This document shows positions 23,747 to 33,437 of a DNA stretch of 64,000 nt, piece by piece (the stretch's first letter is position 1; the number at the start of each line of letters is the position of its first letter). The translations under genes and the position numbers were made by a program. The notes beneath the pieces are model-generated. The model made no database searches. It saw nothing but the letters and a program-made list of their open reading frames with translations, and was not told where the DNA came from. Origin of the DNA: a virus (Duplodnaviria > Caudoviricetes). The DNA lies in IMG/VR virus record IMGVR_UViG_3300032007_001727; one strand, given 5' to 3'.

Positions 23747-24323
23747 CATAGAAGGGACTGAAGGTGCATATACCATTGATTTCAATGAGAGTGAATCAAA
23801 CTCAAGACTGCTGAAGATTAATTCAATAATAGGGAAAATGACGATTCCTTGGAGTGTTTCCTATAACCCTTTCCCCAAGAATGTGGTTAGGATTACCAAG
23901 ATGCCGGATTATTCCATGAAGATAGAGGCTGACTTATCATTATTGAAGAAGGAGAATTTCTTCATCGTGACAAATCCTAGAAGGGAAGAGATTAAGGTTT
24001 TCTTGAAGCCAAACCTAGAATTGTCTAGGGAGAGAATATACATCTTTAAACTAGGAAAGTCAACCACTAGCGGAAATTCTGCAACGATAAACGTTATTTC
24101 AAAGGAAAACGGCAAACTAGAACCTTGGCACGTTGAATATGACGGAAGACCACTGAAATATGATATTCAGACAAAACAGAACAAGATAACGGTAACACTC
24201 CTTGAAGACTTGCTCTCTAGTTTCACTTCCACAATAGTATTGGAACAAGACAACAGCGGAAAGCAGATAGAATTCAGACTAAAGCATGAGGATTCAGACT
24301 CAGTAGAGGTAATAGAAGGTTAG
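23739..24323 (+). CDS. Hypothetical protein with tandem beta-sandwich (Ig/BACON-like) character
   Basis: 194 aa; two similar halves (IPWSVSY / EPWHVEY). Confidence 0.45.
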   Translation: MINIEGTEGAYTIDFNESESNSRLLKINSIIGKMTIPWSVSYNPFPKNVVRITKMPDYSMKIEADLSLLKKENFFIVTNPRREEIKVFLKPNLELSRERIYIFKLGKSTTSGNSATINVISKENGKLEPWHVEYDGRPLKYDIQTKQNKITVTLLEDLLSSFTSTIVLEQDNSGKQIEFRLKHEDSDSVEVIEG

Positions 24324-24328
24324 TTAGC

Positions 24329-25147
24329 CTATGCGTTAACTAACCTTTCCTCGTCTTTATCAAGGTCTTCGATTGCGTCAATCTCAATATCATATAACCC
24401 GTATTCCGTCTCCAAGTCAATGAACGTGTGGTCCATACTCCCAACGTCCCATATGACAAACCCGTGCTCAGATACGGTTTCACCGAATGTCTGTTGTATC
24501 AGTGACCCGCAATACACAATCTCCGTATTACCCCTTTTCAGCACTTGCCTCTTATGCACGTGAGCAGCCATAACGGCATCACACCCCTCAAACTTGTCAA
24601 TACCCAATCCGCCGTCATTAACTGTCCCGTTTGGCATTACACATCCGACAACCATACCGTGATACAGTCCTATTATCTTATTCTCTCCACCCATTTCCGA
24701 CTCAATATCCGGCCTAGCATACCCGTCATATATGGAATATACTGCCCAAGTTACCCCGTCATCGACAACACATCCGCTCTTATATTCCAACACTTCATCC
24801 AAGAATGTTGAATTCTCGAAATTGGCAGTGTTAAACAACGCGGTTATTGCGTCAGTCCTGCTAGTATTTGACTCAATTAGGTCATGGTTCCCGGCAATCA
24901 CAATAACCCTTCCCACCTCTTCAAGCCTCCTTATAAAGAAACTAGTCAAGGTAATGAACTCCGGAGTTATCTGATTCTTACTATGCCCTAAATCACCACA
25001 GATTACCACTCTAACTTCATCGTTTTCAAATGGTTCTGCTATCTCTTTGCATTTTTCAACGAAACGTTCCAACTGTTCGGTATATTCATCCAACCGCCTA
25101 AAGAGCCGGATGTGGATGTCACCGCAGTGTATGATTAATCTTACCAT
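24329..25147 (-). CDS. Metallophosphoesterase, SbcD/Mre11/T4 gp47-like nuclease subunit
   Basis: GDIH, GDL, GNHD, YHG, AHVH and YCGSLIQQTFGE motifs. Confidence 0.85.
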   Translation of the reverse strand: MVRLIIHCGDIHIRLFRRLDEYTEQLERFVEKCKEIAEPFENDEVRVVICGDLGHSKNQITPEFITLTSFFIRRLEEVGRVIVIAGNHDLIESNTSRTDAITALFNTANFENSTFLDEVLEYKSGCVVDDGVTWAVYSIYDGYARPDIESEMGGENKIIGLYHGMVVGCVMPNGTVNDGGLGIDKFEGCDAVMAAHVHKRQVLKRGNTEIVYCGSLIQQTFGETVSEHGFVIWDVGSMDHTFIDLETEYGLYDIEIDAIEDLDKDEERLVNA

Positions 25148-25162
25148 AAAATATTAATTTTT

Positions 25163-25196
25163 TGCAAATATATAAATATTTTTTCAATTTAACAAA
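25163..25196 (-). promoter_or_regulatory. Bacteroidota-type (-33 TTTG / -7 TAnnTTTG) promoter
   Basis: Reverse complement TTTGTTAAATTGAAAAAATATTTATATATTTGCA lies 16 bp upstream of the gp47-like ATG. Confidence 0.6.
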
Positions 25197-25202
25197 TATT
25201 TA

Positions 25203-25226
25203 GGCAATAACATAGAAGTCGACCCA
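25203..25226 (+). repeat. Solo copy of the cassette terminal inverted repeat
   Basis: GGCAATAACATAGAAGTCGACCCA is 23/24 identical to the IRs at 42704 and 43289. Confidence 0.85.
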
Positions 25227-25247
25227 AATTATTTTTTTGTTCATTAT

Positions 25248-25256
25248 GATATTTAT
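25248..25256 (+). promoter_or_regulatory. Putative phage late promoter motif (G/A/C)ATATTTAT
   Basis: Same motif recurs in sense orientation before genes at 26926, 38776, 40225, 42221, 43375, 53810 and 55551, and on the minus strand at 29586, 50379 and 55511. Confidence 0.5.
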
Positions 25257-25291
25257 TGTAAAAATAACTTGATAAATACATAAAAAACGAT

Positions 25292-25513
25292 ATGAAAAGA
25301 AGAATTAGATTGACAGAGTCAGACCTTCACAGAATCGTGAAAGAATCTGTTAATAGAGTGTTGATGGAAGTTAGTGCTTTTCCGAACAAAGAAGAAAAGG
25401 AATTGTACCAAAAATTCGCAAATGGTGAGATTACCTACGCTCAATTACGGAAAGCATTGGTAAAAGCAGGATGTGAGGACGTAGGAAATTGGGATTTTCA
25501 ATGGGGAGATTAA
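25292..25513 (+). CDS. Small protein with IRLTESDLH leader
   Basis: MKRRIRLTESDLHRIVKESVNRVLME. Confidence 0.75.
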   Translation: MKRRIRLTESDLHRIVKESVNRVLMEVSAFPNKEEKELYQKFANGEITYAQLRKALVKAGCEDVGNWDFQWGD

Positions 25514-25524
25514 ACATAGTTCCC

Positions 25525-26550
25525 TTAAAACGGCAAATACACTTCATTAAGTTTGGATGCTTGTGACAAATGCCGCGCTATTTCCTTATATCCGCCCATT
25601 TGATATAATGATGACGGGTCATCGTTTGCACCCAACGGAATGTATCTTATTCTATTGTACAGATTTCCGTGGTTCAAGAGTGAATAAATCCTCTTTGCCG
25701 TGTCATAGGCATCGCCGTCAATGAATATATTGATGTTTGCCCTTGCATTGTTCACCAAACTCCAATATAACTTATAGTTTCTGTTCAAAGCCTTTCCCAA
25801 TAGCGGTATTGAGTTCGGTACCACAATATGGTCGAACGGCCCCTCTACCAATGTTATGTCCGCATCCCACTGAACATTTCCCTCATTGAATATAATATCT
25901 TTCTTTTCAACCTTTGGGTTGTCGTATTTCAACCTTCTGTTGAACTTGTCCGACTTTGGGAGGTAGTCCCTCCCAACCCAATAGTTCAATTCGCTTGAGG
26001 CATCGTAGGAAGGTATTATTATTCTGTATGAACCCTTTCTGTTATCGGTGTCTTTTTCGGTATAACCCAACTTGTATTTTTCTATTATATCCCAACCTAT
26101 GCCTCTGTTCTCCAAATATTTCAATGCACCATAATTGTTCCTTCCGTCCTTTTTGAATAACTTGAAACTTGAAGGAAGTCTAAGTGCTTCCCTTTCAATT
26201 ATTGAGGTGTCAAAGTCATTTAGGTCAAGTCTGTACAACTTGCTGTCCTTGATTGAGCGTATTATGTTGAAATATTCTTGCAACAAGTCACCGTTGCCGA
26301 ACAGCCTTATGAGTTTCTTGATTGAGCCGTGCATGGTGTCATCACCCTCTGAACTGCATTTCCAACAGTTATATACACCACCGTTTGAAAACGATACCTC
26401 TAGGTTGTATTTAAATGCTTCTTGTTGACCGTATTTCTCAATACAGTGTGGACAAGGGAACTGATACTGCATTTGCCTTTCGCAATACCCGCTCTTCGAT
26501 TCTCCCAACATAAACTCAAATATGTTATATAATCTTTCAAACTCTTGCAT
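25525..26550 (-). CDS. DNA primase (zinc finger + TOPRIM)
   Basis: CPHC...CWKC zinc finger; YLENRGI, RIIIP, KYDNP, LVEGPFD, IDGD and DDPS motifs. Confidence 0.85.
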   Translation of the reverse strand: MQEFERLYNIFEFMLGESKSGYCERQMQYQFPCPHCIEKYGQQEAFKYNLEVSFSNGGVYNCWKCSSEGDDTMHGSIKKLIRLFGNGDLLQEYFNIIRSIKDSKLYRLDLNDFDTSIIEREALRLPSSFKLFKKDGRNNYGALKYLENRGIGWDIIEKYKLGYTEKDTDNRKGSYRIIIPSYDASSELNYWVGRDYLPKSDKFNRRLKYDNPKVEKKDIIFNEGNVQWDADITLVEGPFDHIVVPNSIPLLGKALNRNYKLYWSLVNNARANINIFIDGDAYDTAKRIYSLLNHGNLYNRIRYIPLGANDDPSSLYQMGGYKEIARHLSQASKLNEVYLPF

Positions 26551-26574
26551 AATTGTGTAAAATTATCCTTTGTT

Positions 26575-26608
26575 TGCAAATATATGTTAAATTTTTGAAA
26601 AAAACAAG
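26575..26608 (-). promoter_or_regulatory. Bacteroidota-type promoter for the primase
   Basis: Reverse complement CTTGTTTTTTTCAAAAATTTAACATATATTTGCA. Confidence 0.6.
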
Positions 26609-26651
26609 GTTTTTGCTTAGTTAATTCAATTTTTTTCGGTACTTTTACAAC

Positions 26652-26876
26652 GTGAATCAATTAAAATGGTCAAAACATATGGAGTATGTAAGGTTACAGT
26701 ACCAAGTTAAAAAACTGTCAGACGGAACCGTTGACAGATATGAGGCAAGAGAATTGTTGCATCCGTGTGACTCAAACAAGAGCGACAAGGAAAACATTGA
26801 TGATGCCTTTGACAAAGCATGTGAGGTCGGAGCGGTGCCGTATAAGCAGGTAAGGTGGAAGTTTGTTAACATTTAA
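26652..26876 (+). CDS. Hypothetical protein (start may be the ATG of MEYVRL)
   Basis: Divergent from the primase and followed by a terminator. Confidence 0.55.
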   Translation: MNQLKWSKHMEYVRLQYQVKKLSDGTVDRYEARELLHPCDSNKSDKENIDDAFDKACEVGAVPYKQVRWKFVNI

Positions 26877-26886
26877 AAAAAACAAG

Positions 26887-26915
26887 AAATGCAGTCAGAA
26901 ATGGCTGCATTTTTT
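26887..26915 (+). terminator. Rho-independent terminator
   Basis: AATGCAGTCA-GAAA-TGGCTGCATT then a T run; near-identical hairpin at 63466. Confidence 0.7.
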
Positions 26916-26956
26916 CACTTTTCGTGATATTTATTTCTATAAAACTTTTTGTTATT

Positions 26957-27229
26957 ATGGAAAATAAAAAAATTAAGGACAGTGATATTTTGAGGGCAAT
27001 GACCGTTCATTTGGACGAGGACTCCGTGGTCTATGGTGCAAACGGACATTATGCCTTGGGTGCATATTATGACATCACGAAAGTGAGCAGTGTGTTTGGT
27101 GACAAAGACTATAACAGCCAAGAGAACTTGGATGCTGCAAGCGATGCAGCGGCAGCAGAAATATTTAGGACTGACAATGACGAACTTCCGGAAGAACTTC
27201 AGAAGGCGATTTGGATGAAAGAGTATTAA
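26957..27229 (+). CDS. Hypothetical acidic protein
   Basis: ATG at 26957 (MENKK), downstream of GATATTTAT. Confidence 0.6.
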   Translation: MENKKIKDSDILRAMTVHLDEDSVVYGANGHYALGAYYDITKVSSVFGDKDYNSQENLDAASDAAAAEIFRTDNDELPEELQKAIWMKEY

Positions 27230-27239
27230 TTAAGTGGAT

Positions 27240-27791
27240 ATGAAAAGAAGAATTAGATTAACAGAAGGTGACCTTCACAGAATCGTGAAGGAGTCGGTGA
27301 ATAGAATATTAAAGGAAGGCGTTGACCCTATTTCAAAGGTTCAATCATTGATTCAACAAGCCAATAACGCCTATCATGAAGCGTTGGAAGCACAAGATAA
27401 TTACAAGTGGCCACTGATGAACAAGAGAGGTGAAACATATGGTTTATCGTCTGATATTAAACTTGACGGAAGGGGCTATGTTTCCATACCATATACAAAC
27501 CCATACAGAAGTTTTGACTATCAGCCGGTAAAGATAAGAGTTATCAGCAAGGTTGGCGGAAGGGTAAAGATTATTCCCGGAGATTATTGGGAAGAAGGAT
27601 GGAAGGATGTTAAGAAAATGCTTAACAACATTATAAGGGATGCAGAAATCGGCAACAATCATATGAGAATCTATGACCCAAGCGTTGAAGATTCTTCCTC
27701 ACCGGAAGAGAGACGCGCCAACAAAGAAAGGCTTAAGGGAATGAATAGGGAAATTGGAAGAAACGTATCTGCCGGAATGGAATATGTTTAA
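27240..27791 (+). CDS. Protein with IRLTEGDLH leader
   Basis: MKRRIRLTEGDLHRIVKESVNRILKE; leader DNA nearly identical to that at 25292. Confidence 0.75.
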   Translation: MKRRIRLTEGDLHRIVKESVNRILKEGVDPISKVQSLIQQANNAYHEALEAQDNYKWPLMNKRGETYGLSSDIKLDGRGYVSIPYTNPYRSFDYQPVKIRVISKVGGRVKIIPGDYWEEGWKDVKKMLNNIIRDAEIGNNHMRIYDPSVEDSSSPEERRANKERLKGMNREIGRNVSAGMEYV

Positions 27792-27793
27792 AG

Positions 27794-27831
27794 AAAAATC
27801 CTCAAGATGTTTAATCTTGAGGATTTTTTTT
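27794..27831. terminator. Bidirectional terminator
   Basis: AAAAATCCTCAAGAT-GTTTA-ATCTTGAGGATTTTT between convergent genes. Confidence 0.75.
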
Positions 27832-27849
27832 GTTAGGCAACTATATACG

Positions 27850-29544
27850 TTATTGTTCAACCTTTGTCCAATTATAATAACCTAGGTAATAAGTACCCGT
27901 TCCCATCCAAGTGTTATAGCCGCTGCTACCGCTTTGAATTGTTAGAGTACCACCGGTCTTAATATCATAGAATGTATAATCATATATTGTTGGTGCTGTT
28001 GTGGCAAGTGAAGTTATTGCCGATAAACTAGAACATCTACTGAAAACACCACCACCAATGCTTGTGACACCATTCGGTATTGTTATGCTTGTTAAACTAG
28101 AACAAAATTCGAAAGCACTATTACCAATACTTGTAACACCACTACCAATATAGCAAGTTGTCATGGCAGTACAGTTATAGAAAGCCCGTTCACCAATACT
28201 TGTAACACTGTCCGGAATTGTTATGGTTGATAAACTACGACAACCATAGAAAGCACTACCACCAATACTTGTAACACTGTCCGGAATTGTTATGCTTGTT
28301 AAACTATAACAACAATTGAAAGCACTATTACCAATACTTGTAACAGTATTTGGTATTACAGTTGTATTACAACCTTTTATTAAAGTGTTTGTGCTTGTTT
28401 GAATAATTGCATTACAGTTGTTTCTTGAGTCATAGGTTGCATTTGCAGCATCAACTGTTATACTTGATAGACTAGAACAATAAAGGAAAGCATTAGTAAT
28501 AATGCTTGTAACACCGCTACCAAGCGTACAAGTTGTTAAACCGGAACAACCTAGGAAAGTGTTCTCACCAATACTTGTAACACCATTTGGAATTGTTATG
28601 CTTGTTAAACTAAAACAACTAGTGAAAGCATTACCACCAATGCTTGTAACACCACTTGGAATGTTTATACTTGTTAAACATTGACAATTTTCAAAAGCAG
28701 CATAACCAATACTTGTAACACTGTCCGGAATTGTTATACTTGTTAAACTATAACAATCACCGAAAGCCCCATAACTAATGCTTGTAACACCACTTGGAAT
28801 GTTTATACTTGTTAAACCGGTACAACCATTGAAAGCATAATCACTAATGCTTGTAATACCATTTGGAATAAATGCTGCATCAGAACCCTTTATCAAGGTA
28901 TTTGTGGCAGTTTCAATGACTGCATTACAATTATTTCTTGAATCATATACGGGGTTTGCAGCGTCAACTTCCACGTCTGATAACCCACAGTACTCCATTG
29001 TGAAAACTTGGTTTATATTTGTTACGCCACTTCCGATGTATAAGGTTCTAATTCCGTAACACTCACTAAAAGCACTTCCGCTTATGCTTGCGACACTGTT
29101 TGAGATAACAAGGGTTTGAAGTAAACCACAAGTGTAGTCAATTTTAAACGAATCTTCTTCAGATTCAATACAAGAACCTTCCCAAGCATTATATAAGTCA
29201 CCAATGCTTGTACATAAATCGCCACAAACAATTGATGATATGCAAGTTCCGGTTACTTCTTCCGTTTCTTGGTCTTCCACATAAGATAAATAAGGAAGAA
29301 TCATACATTGTGTCAGTTCTCCGCTTCCTTGTAACTCAACCTCAGTTGGTTCGCCAACCAAGCCATCATTATCATAATCTTGCACGGTTAACTTAACAAA
29401 GAAAGGTGGGGGGGGGGGTGGAACATCCGGATTGTAGTGCATAGCACCATCGGCCACAACATAACTTACGTTTGGCTTCGGATAATCTGTGGCAACGTAT
29501 GCTGTATAATCAGCGGCAGTTGCAAATTCTTTAACATACTTCAT
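27850..29544 (-). CDS. BspA-type (LRR_5/TpLRR) leucine-rich-repeat protein with poly-C11 tract (in frame)
   Basis: Many 23-aa repeats LTSITIPDSVTSIGxxAFxxC; YDSRNNCNA insertions; MKYVKEF N-terminus; PPPPPP encoded over the C11 tract. Confidence 0.85.
   Translation of the reverse strand: MKYVKEFATAADYTAYVATDYPKPNVSYVVADGAMHYNPDVPPPPPPFFVKLTVQDYDNDGLVGEPTEVELQGSGELTQCMILPYLSYVEDQETEEVTGTCISSIVCGDLCTSIGDLYNAWEGSCIESEEDSFKIDYTCGLLQTLVISNSVASISGSAFSECYGIRTLYIGSGVTNINQVFTMEYCGLSDVEVDAANPVYDSRNNCNAVIETATNTLIKGSDAAFIPNGITSISDYAFNGCTGLTSINIPSGVTSISYGAFGDCYSLTSITIPDSVTSIGYAAFENCQCLTSINIPSGVTSIGGNAFTSCFSLTSITIPNGVTSIGENTFLGCSGLTTCTLGSGVTSIITNAFLYCSSLSSITVDAANATYDSRNNCNAIIQTSTNTLIKGCNTTVIPNTVTSIGNSAFNCCYSLTSITIPDSVTSIGGSAFYGCRSLSTITIPDSVTSIGERAFYNCTAMTTCYIGSGVTSIGNSAFEFCSSLTSITIPNGVTSIGGGVFSRCSSLSAITSLATTAPTIYDYTFYDIKTGGTLTIQSGSSGYNTWMGTGTYYLGYYNWTKVEQ
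29408..29418 (-). repeat. Homopolymer G11 (C11 on coding strand)
   Basis: Direct count of the G run; coding frame intact. Confidence 0.85.
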
Positions 29545-29613
29545 AATTATTATTTTTTAAAGTTTTAAATTAAGTTATTTTAACAATAAATATTGAAATA
29601 TATCATAAAATCA

Positions 29614-29647
29614 TTTCGTTGTTTCAGATTTTTTTGGTACTTTTGCA
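29614..29647 (+). promoter_or_regulatory. Bacteroidota-type promoter for the WG-repeat cluster
   Basis: ...TTTTTTTGGTACTTTTGCA contains TAnnTTTG, about 27 bp upstream of the ATG. Confidence 0.6.
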
Positions 29648-29674
29648 CCGAAAATCAATCAAAAAACAAAAAAC

Positions 29675-30409
29675 ATGTGTAAAGTGAGTATTGAAATACC
29701 ACAAGAATTACTGAACTATTCGGATGGTATTGCAAGGGTAAATGTTAATGACAAGTTGAATTTCGTTAACAAGAACGGCGAACTTTTAAGCAAGGAGTGG
29801 CTCGATGATTGTTGGAATTTCCATGAAGGTTTTGCCAACGTTGAACTCAATGGTAAATATAACGTTATTAACAAGAACGGTGAACTCTTAAGCAAGGAGT
29901 GGTTTGATGATTGTTGTGGTGATTTCTGTGAGGGTTTCAGTGGAGTTATACTTAATCATAAATATAATTATATTGACAAGGACGGAAACTATTTAAGTAA
30001 ACAATGGTTTGACTATTGTGATGATTTCCATGAAGGTTTTGGAAAAGTTGAACTTAATAAAAAGTATAACTTCATCGACAAGAGTGGTAACTATTTAAGT
30101 AAACAATGGTTTGACTATTGTGATGATTTCAACGAAGGGTTTGCAAGGGTCACACTGAATGGAAAGTGGAATTATATTGGCAAGAAGGGTAACATTATAA
30201 GTGAGCAGTGGTTTGATAATTGTCTTCGTTTTCATGAAGACTTTGGTGCTATCAAGGTTTATGATAAGTGGAATTTCATTGATAAGAATGGTAATATATT
30301 ATCCAAACTGTGGTTTGATGATTGCGGTGCTTTCTATGGGGGCTTTGCGATGGCTCAACTTAATGGAGAATGGAAATCTATCGACAAGAACGGTAAACTT
30401 TTAAAATAG
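29675..30409 (+). CDS. WG-repeat (KWG-like) protein
   Basis: ~37-aa repeats FHEGFAxVxLNGKYNxIDKxGNxLSxQWFD. Confidence 0.85.
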   Translation: MCKVSIEIPQELLNYSDGIARVNVNDKLNFVNKNGELLSKEWLDDCWNFHEGFANVELNGKYNVINKNGELLSKEWFDDCCGDFCEGFSGVILNHKYNYIDKDGNYLSKQWFDYCDDFHEGFGKVELNKKYNFIDKSGNYLSKQWFDYCDDFNEGFARVTLNGKWNYIGKKGNIISEQWFDNCLRFHEDFGAIKVYDKWNFIDKNGNILSKLWFDDCGAFYGGFAMAQLNGEWKSIDKNGKLLK

Positions 30410-30418
30410 AATGGAATC

Positions 30419-31057
30419 ATGAATGATAGTTTTTTAAACATGAGAATTCCAAGGAACCTCTTATCGTATAATGAAGGTGTCGCAAAGGTAAATCTTAACG
30501 GAAAGTGCAATTTCGTTAATGAGAATGGAGAACTCTTAAGTGAACAGTGGTTTCAATTTTGTGATGATTTCAACGAAGGTTTTGGTGGAGTTCAATTTAA
30601 TGGAAGGTGCAATTTCGTTAACAAGAACGGTGAAATCTTGAGTGACCAATGGTTTGATAATTGTGGTAGTAAATTCAACGAAGGTTTTATATGGGTTGAA
30701 CTTAATTGCAGATGTAATTTCATTAACAAGAATGGTAATATCTTAAGCAAGCGGTGGTTTGACGATTGTTATGGTTTCCATGAAGGCTTTGCAATGGTTA
30801 AACTCAATGGTAAATGGAATTTCATTGATAATAATGGAAATATTTTAAGTGACCAATGGTTTGATAGTTGTTGGGATTTTATCAATGGTCTTGCAAAGGT
30901 TGAACTTAATGATAAGTTTAATTTCATTGGCGAGGATGGTAACATCTTAAGCAAGCGGTGGTTTGACTATTGTTTGGACTTCAAAGAAGGTTTTGGAACG
31001 GTTAAGGTGAATGGTATGTTTTATAAAATTAACAAGAACGGTAAACTTTTAAAATAA
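30419..31057 (+). CDS. WG-repeat (KWG-like) protein
   Basis: Same repeat; tandem paralogue. Confidence 0.85.
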   Translation: MNDSFLNMRIPRNLLSYNEGVAKVNLNGKCNFVNENGELLSEQWFQFCDDFNEGFGGVQFNGRCNFVNKNGEILSDQWFDNCGSKFNEGFIWVELNCRCNFINKNGNILSKRWFDDCYGFHEGFAMVKLNGKWNFIDNNGNILSDQWFDSCWDFINGLAKVELNDKFNFIGEDGNILSKRWFDYCLDFKEGFGTVKVNGMFYKINKNGKLLK

Positions 31058-31064
31058 AAGGGTT

Positions 31065-32009
31065 ATGAACAATGAATTTTTAAATCTTAGTGTACCAAAG
31101 GGTATGTTACCTAGTGACGGGTCACTTACAAAAATTAAGTTTGGCAGCAAAGAGAATTTCGTTAAGTGTAACGGAGAACTCTTAAGCCACGAGTGGTTTG
31201 ACAAGTTCGCTGCTTTCCATGAAGGTTTTGCAATGGTTAAGGCTAGTGGGAAGTATAACTTTATTAATGAGAATGGTGAACTCTTGAGTGAACGGTGGTT
31301 TGACGCTTGTGATAACTTCAAAGAAGGTTTTGCAATAGTTAAATTTAAACGTGAATTCAACTTCATCAATGAGAGGGGTGAACTCTTGAGTGAACAGTGG
31401 TTTGATTGGTGTGATGACTTTAACGAAGGTTTTGGAACAGTTAAACTAAATGGAAAGTATAATTATATTGACAAAAATGGAAATTTCTTGAGTGAGCAAT
31501 GGTTTGATAATTGTGGTGATTTCCATGAAGGCTTTATATGGGTTGAACTAAATGGAAAGTATAACTCTATTGACAAGGACGGAAACATCTTAAGTGAGAC
31601 ATGGTTTGACAATTGTGATGGTTTCCACGAAGGTTTTGCCGTTATTAGGCTTAATGGTAAGTGGAATTTCATTGATAAGAATGGAAATATATTAGCCAAA
31701 GTGTGGTTTGACCGTTGTTGGGACTTCAATCAAGGGTTCGGTAGGGTTGAAGTTGGTGATAGACGTAACTTTATTGACGAGGATGGTAACATCCTAAGTA
31801 ACCAATGGTTTGATTCGTGTGGTTATTTTGAGGAAGGCTTTGCGGTAGTTAAACTTGGCGGAAAATGGAATTATATTGACAAGAATGGTAACATTTTAAG
31901 TGACCAATGGTTTGATTGGTGTGATGACTTCATCAAAGGTTTTTCAAGTGTTAGACTTAATGGGGAATGGAAATCCATCGACAAGGACGGCAATCTCCAT
32001 AATAAATAA
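31065..32009 (+). CDS. WG-repeat (KWG-like) protein
   Basis: Same repeat; tandem paralogue. Confidence 0.85.
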   Translation: MNNEFLNLSVPKGMLPSDGSLTKIKFGSKENFVKCNGELLSHEWFDKFAAFHEGFAMVKASGKYNFINENGELLSERWFDACDNFKEGFAIVKFKREFNFINERGELLSEQWFDWCDDFNEGFGTVKLNGKYNYIDKNGNFLSEQWFDNCGDFHEGFIWVELNGKYNSIDKDGNILSETWFDNCDGFHEGFAVIRLNGKWNFIDKNGNILAKVWFDRCWDFNQGFGRVEVGDRRNFIDEDGNILSNQWFDSCGYFEEGFAVVKLGGKWNYIDKNGNILSDQWFDWCDDFIKGFSSVRLNGEWKSIDKDGNLHNK

Positions 32010-32028
32010 AGTTAGCCAACCATATTAG

Positions 32029-32060
32029 AATGAGCAACCGGAAAAAGGTTGCTCATTTTT
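32029..32060. terminator. Terminator hairpin between convergent genes
   Basis: AATGAGCAACC-GGAAAAA-GGTTGCTCATT then a T run. Confidence 0.7.
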
Positions 32061-33432
32061 CATAAACCATTGAACCACAATCAAATATCCTAAAAACTTT
32101 TTTATTTTTGGGTATTTTTCTAAAATCTTCCTTCGAAATTCTTTCGATTTTGTTTCCGTACCTAAAGGTATACGACGGCTGTTCTATTGAAACCAACTTA
32201 AAGCCAATTAACTTAAAAACATTTTCTTTGTTTGACCACCTCATATCAACATGAACGGTAAGTTTTTCGTGACTATAGTTTTTTTCAAGATATGATATTA
32301 GTTTTGAAACCAAACCTTGGAACCTATATTTGAGGCTAGTTGCTAACCTAATAACCTCTAGATTCTTACCATTTCTATTGAAAGATAGAACACCGACCAA
32401 TTCTCCTTTGAAAAATGCCCCAAGAGTAATATTTGCCCTGCCATATCCTTCCAAACAGTTCTCTTCCAAAAACTTAATCGAGTCACCTCCATCAATCTCA
32501 TGGATTGAACATTTTCTAGCCGGTATCTTTTTTCCTTTATCCATCTGAAGAATGTGAAGCAGTTTTTTCTTGACAATTTCCTTCTTCAACAACCACTCAT
32601 CTTCGAAGATATGAATTAGCCTTATTCCATTCTTTTCACAACCAATCGTCTTATTCAAATGGTAATTTGAGTCTTTGGTGAACTCGTCAGAATGCCATTT
32701 AAGACCATCGTACTCGATTCCAATGTTGTATTTTGGCAGAAAAATATCAACCTCTTTCCTACTTCCCTTTATGAGGTTTCTTTTTCTTTCGACCACTTCA
32801 AGACCGTTTTCCTTAAGAAATTCAACAACCTCTTGTTCTTGACTTGAGACGGAAACACCACATTTCGGACATCCATGTCCACGCAGATGACTATCTATCT
32901 CTTGCTTGAACTCTCCATGTACCGGGCATATGATTGAAACTTTCTCCTTTTGATTCTTAATTGGTTGTTCAATGTACTTGTATTTGTCACCGTGAATCTT
33001 ATTCGCTCTTTCAACAAAGTCTTCAAATTTGATGATTTTTCCCTTGTTCCTATTTTCATTTGCGCATTTTGGGCATCCTCTTCCGCTTAAGTGATTCTGT
33101 GGTGTTTGCCAAAATTCTCCGTGCCTTGAACATACAATGCAGACTTTTGTTTCACTATTCACATATTCGACTTTGGAATAATCATACTTGTCACCGTGTA
33201 CGTTTTTAGCCTTATCAACAAATTCATCACTCGTATTTTTGTGCTTTCCGCCACATACCGCGCATCCGTTTCCCCTGCTCGTATGGCAGAACGGTATTTG
33301 CCAAAACTCTCCATGCTTTGGGCATACAATGCAGACCTTGGTACGGTTGTTGACATAGTTTACCTTTGAGTAATCATACTTGTTTCCGTGTACAACCTTA
33401 GCCTTTTGAATGAATAAGTCTCGTTTTGCCAT
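32053..33432 (-). CDS. Hef-like homing endonuclease (CPxHGEF zinc-ribbon repeats + DUF559-like nuclease + GNAT-like C-terminus)
   Basis: Three HGDKYDY...CPKHGEF...GCPKC repeats; EVDIFLP..IGIEYDGLKWHS..IHIFEDEW; C-terminal IFDCG. Confidence 0.75.
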   Translation of the reverse strand: MAKRDLFIQKAKVVHGNKYDYSKVNYVNNRTKVCIVCPKHGEFWQIPFCHTSRGNGCAVCGGKHKNTSDEFVDKAKNVHGDKYDYSKVEYVNSETKVCIVCSRHGEFWQTPQNHLSGRGCPKCANENRNKGKIIKFEDFVERANKIHGDKYKYIEQPIKNQKEKVSIICPVHGEFKQEIDSHLRGHGCPKCGVSVSSQEQEVVEFLKENGLEVVERKRNLIKGSRKEVDIFLPKYNIGIEYDGLKWHSDEFTKDSNYHLNKTIGCEKNGIRLIHIFEDEWLLKKEIVKKKLLHILQMDKGKKIPARKCSIHEIDGGDSIKFLEENCLEGYGRANITLGAFFKGELVGVLSFNRNGKNLEVIRLATSLKYRFQGLVSKLISYLEKNYSHEKLTVHVDMRWSNKENVFKLIGFKLVSIEQPSYTFRYGNKIERISKEDFRKIPKNKKVFRIFDCGSMVYEK

Positions 33433-33437
33433 TCAGT

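Noticed and set aside
28000-28860. CRISPR-like array (regular repeats with variable spacers)
   Set aside because: The repeats are 69-bp in-frame coding units of the LRR protein; no cas genes
27850-32009. Diversity-generating retroelement acting on the LRR or WG repeats
   Set aside because: No reverse transcriptase in the window, no non-coding template repeat, and the differences between repeats are not clearly restricted to adenines
27836-32017. Possible second IR-bounded cassette (GGCAACTATA ... AAAGTTAGCC) around the LRR and WG genes
   Set aside because: The ends are not complementary beyond a few bases and there is no target-site duplication
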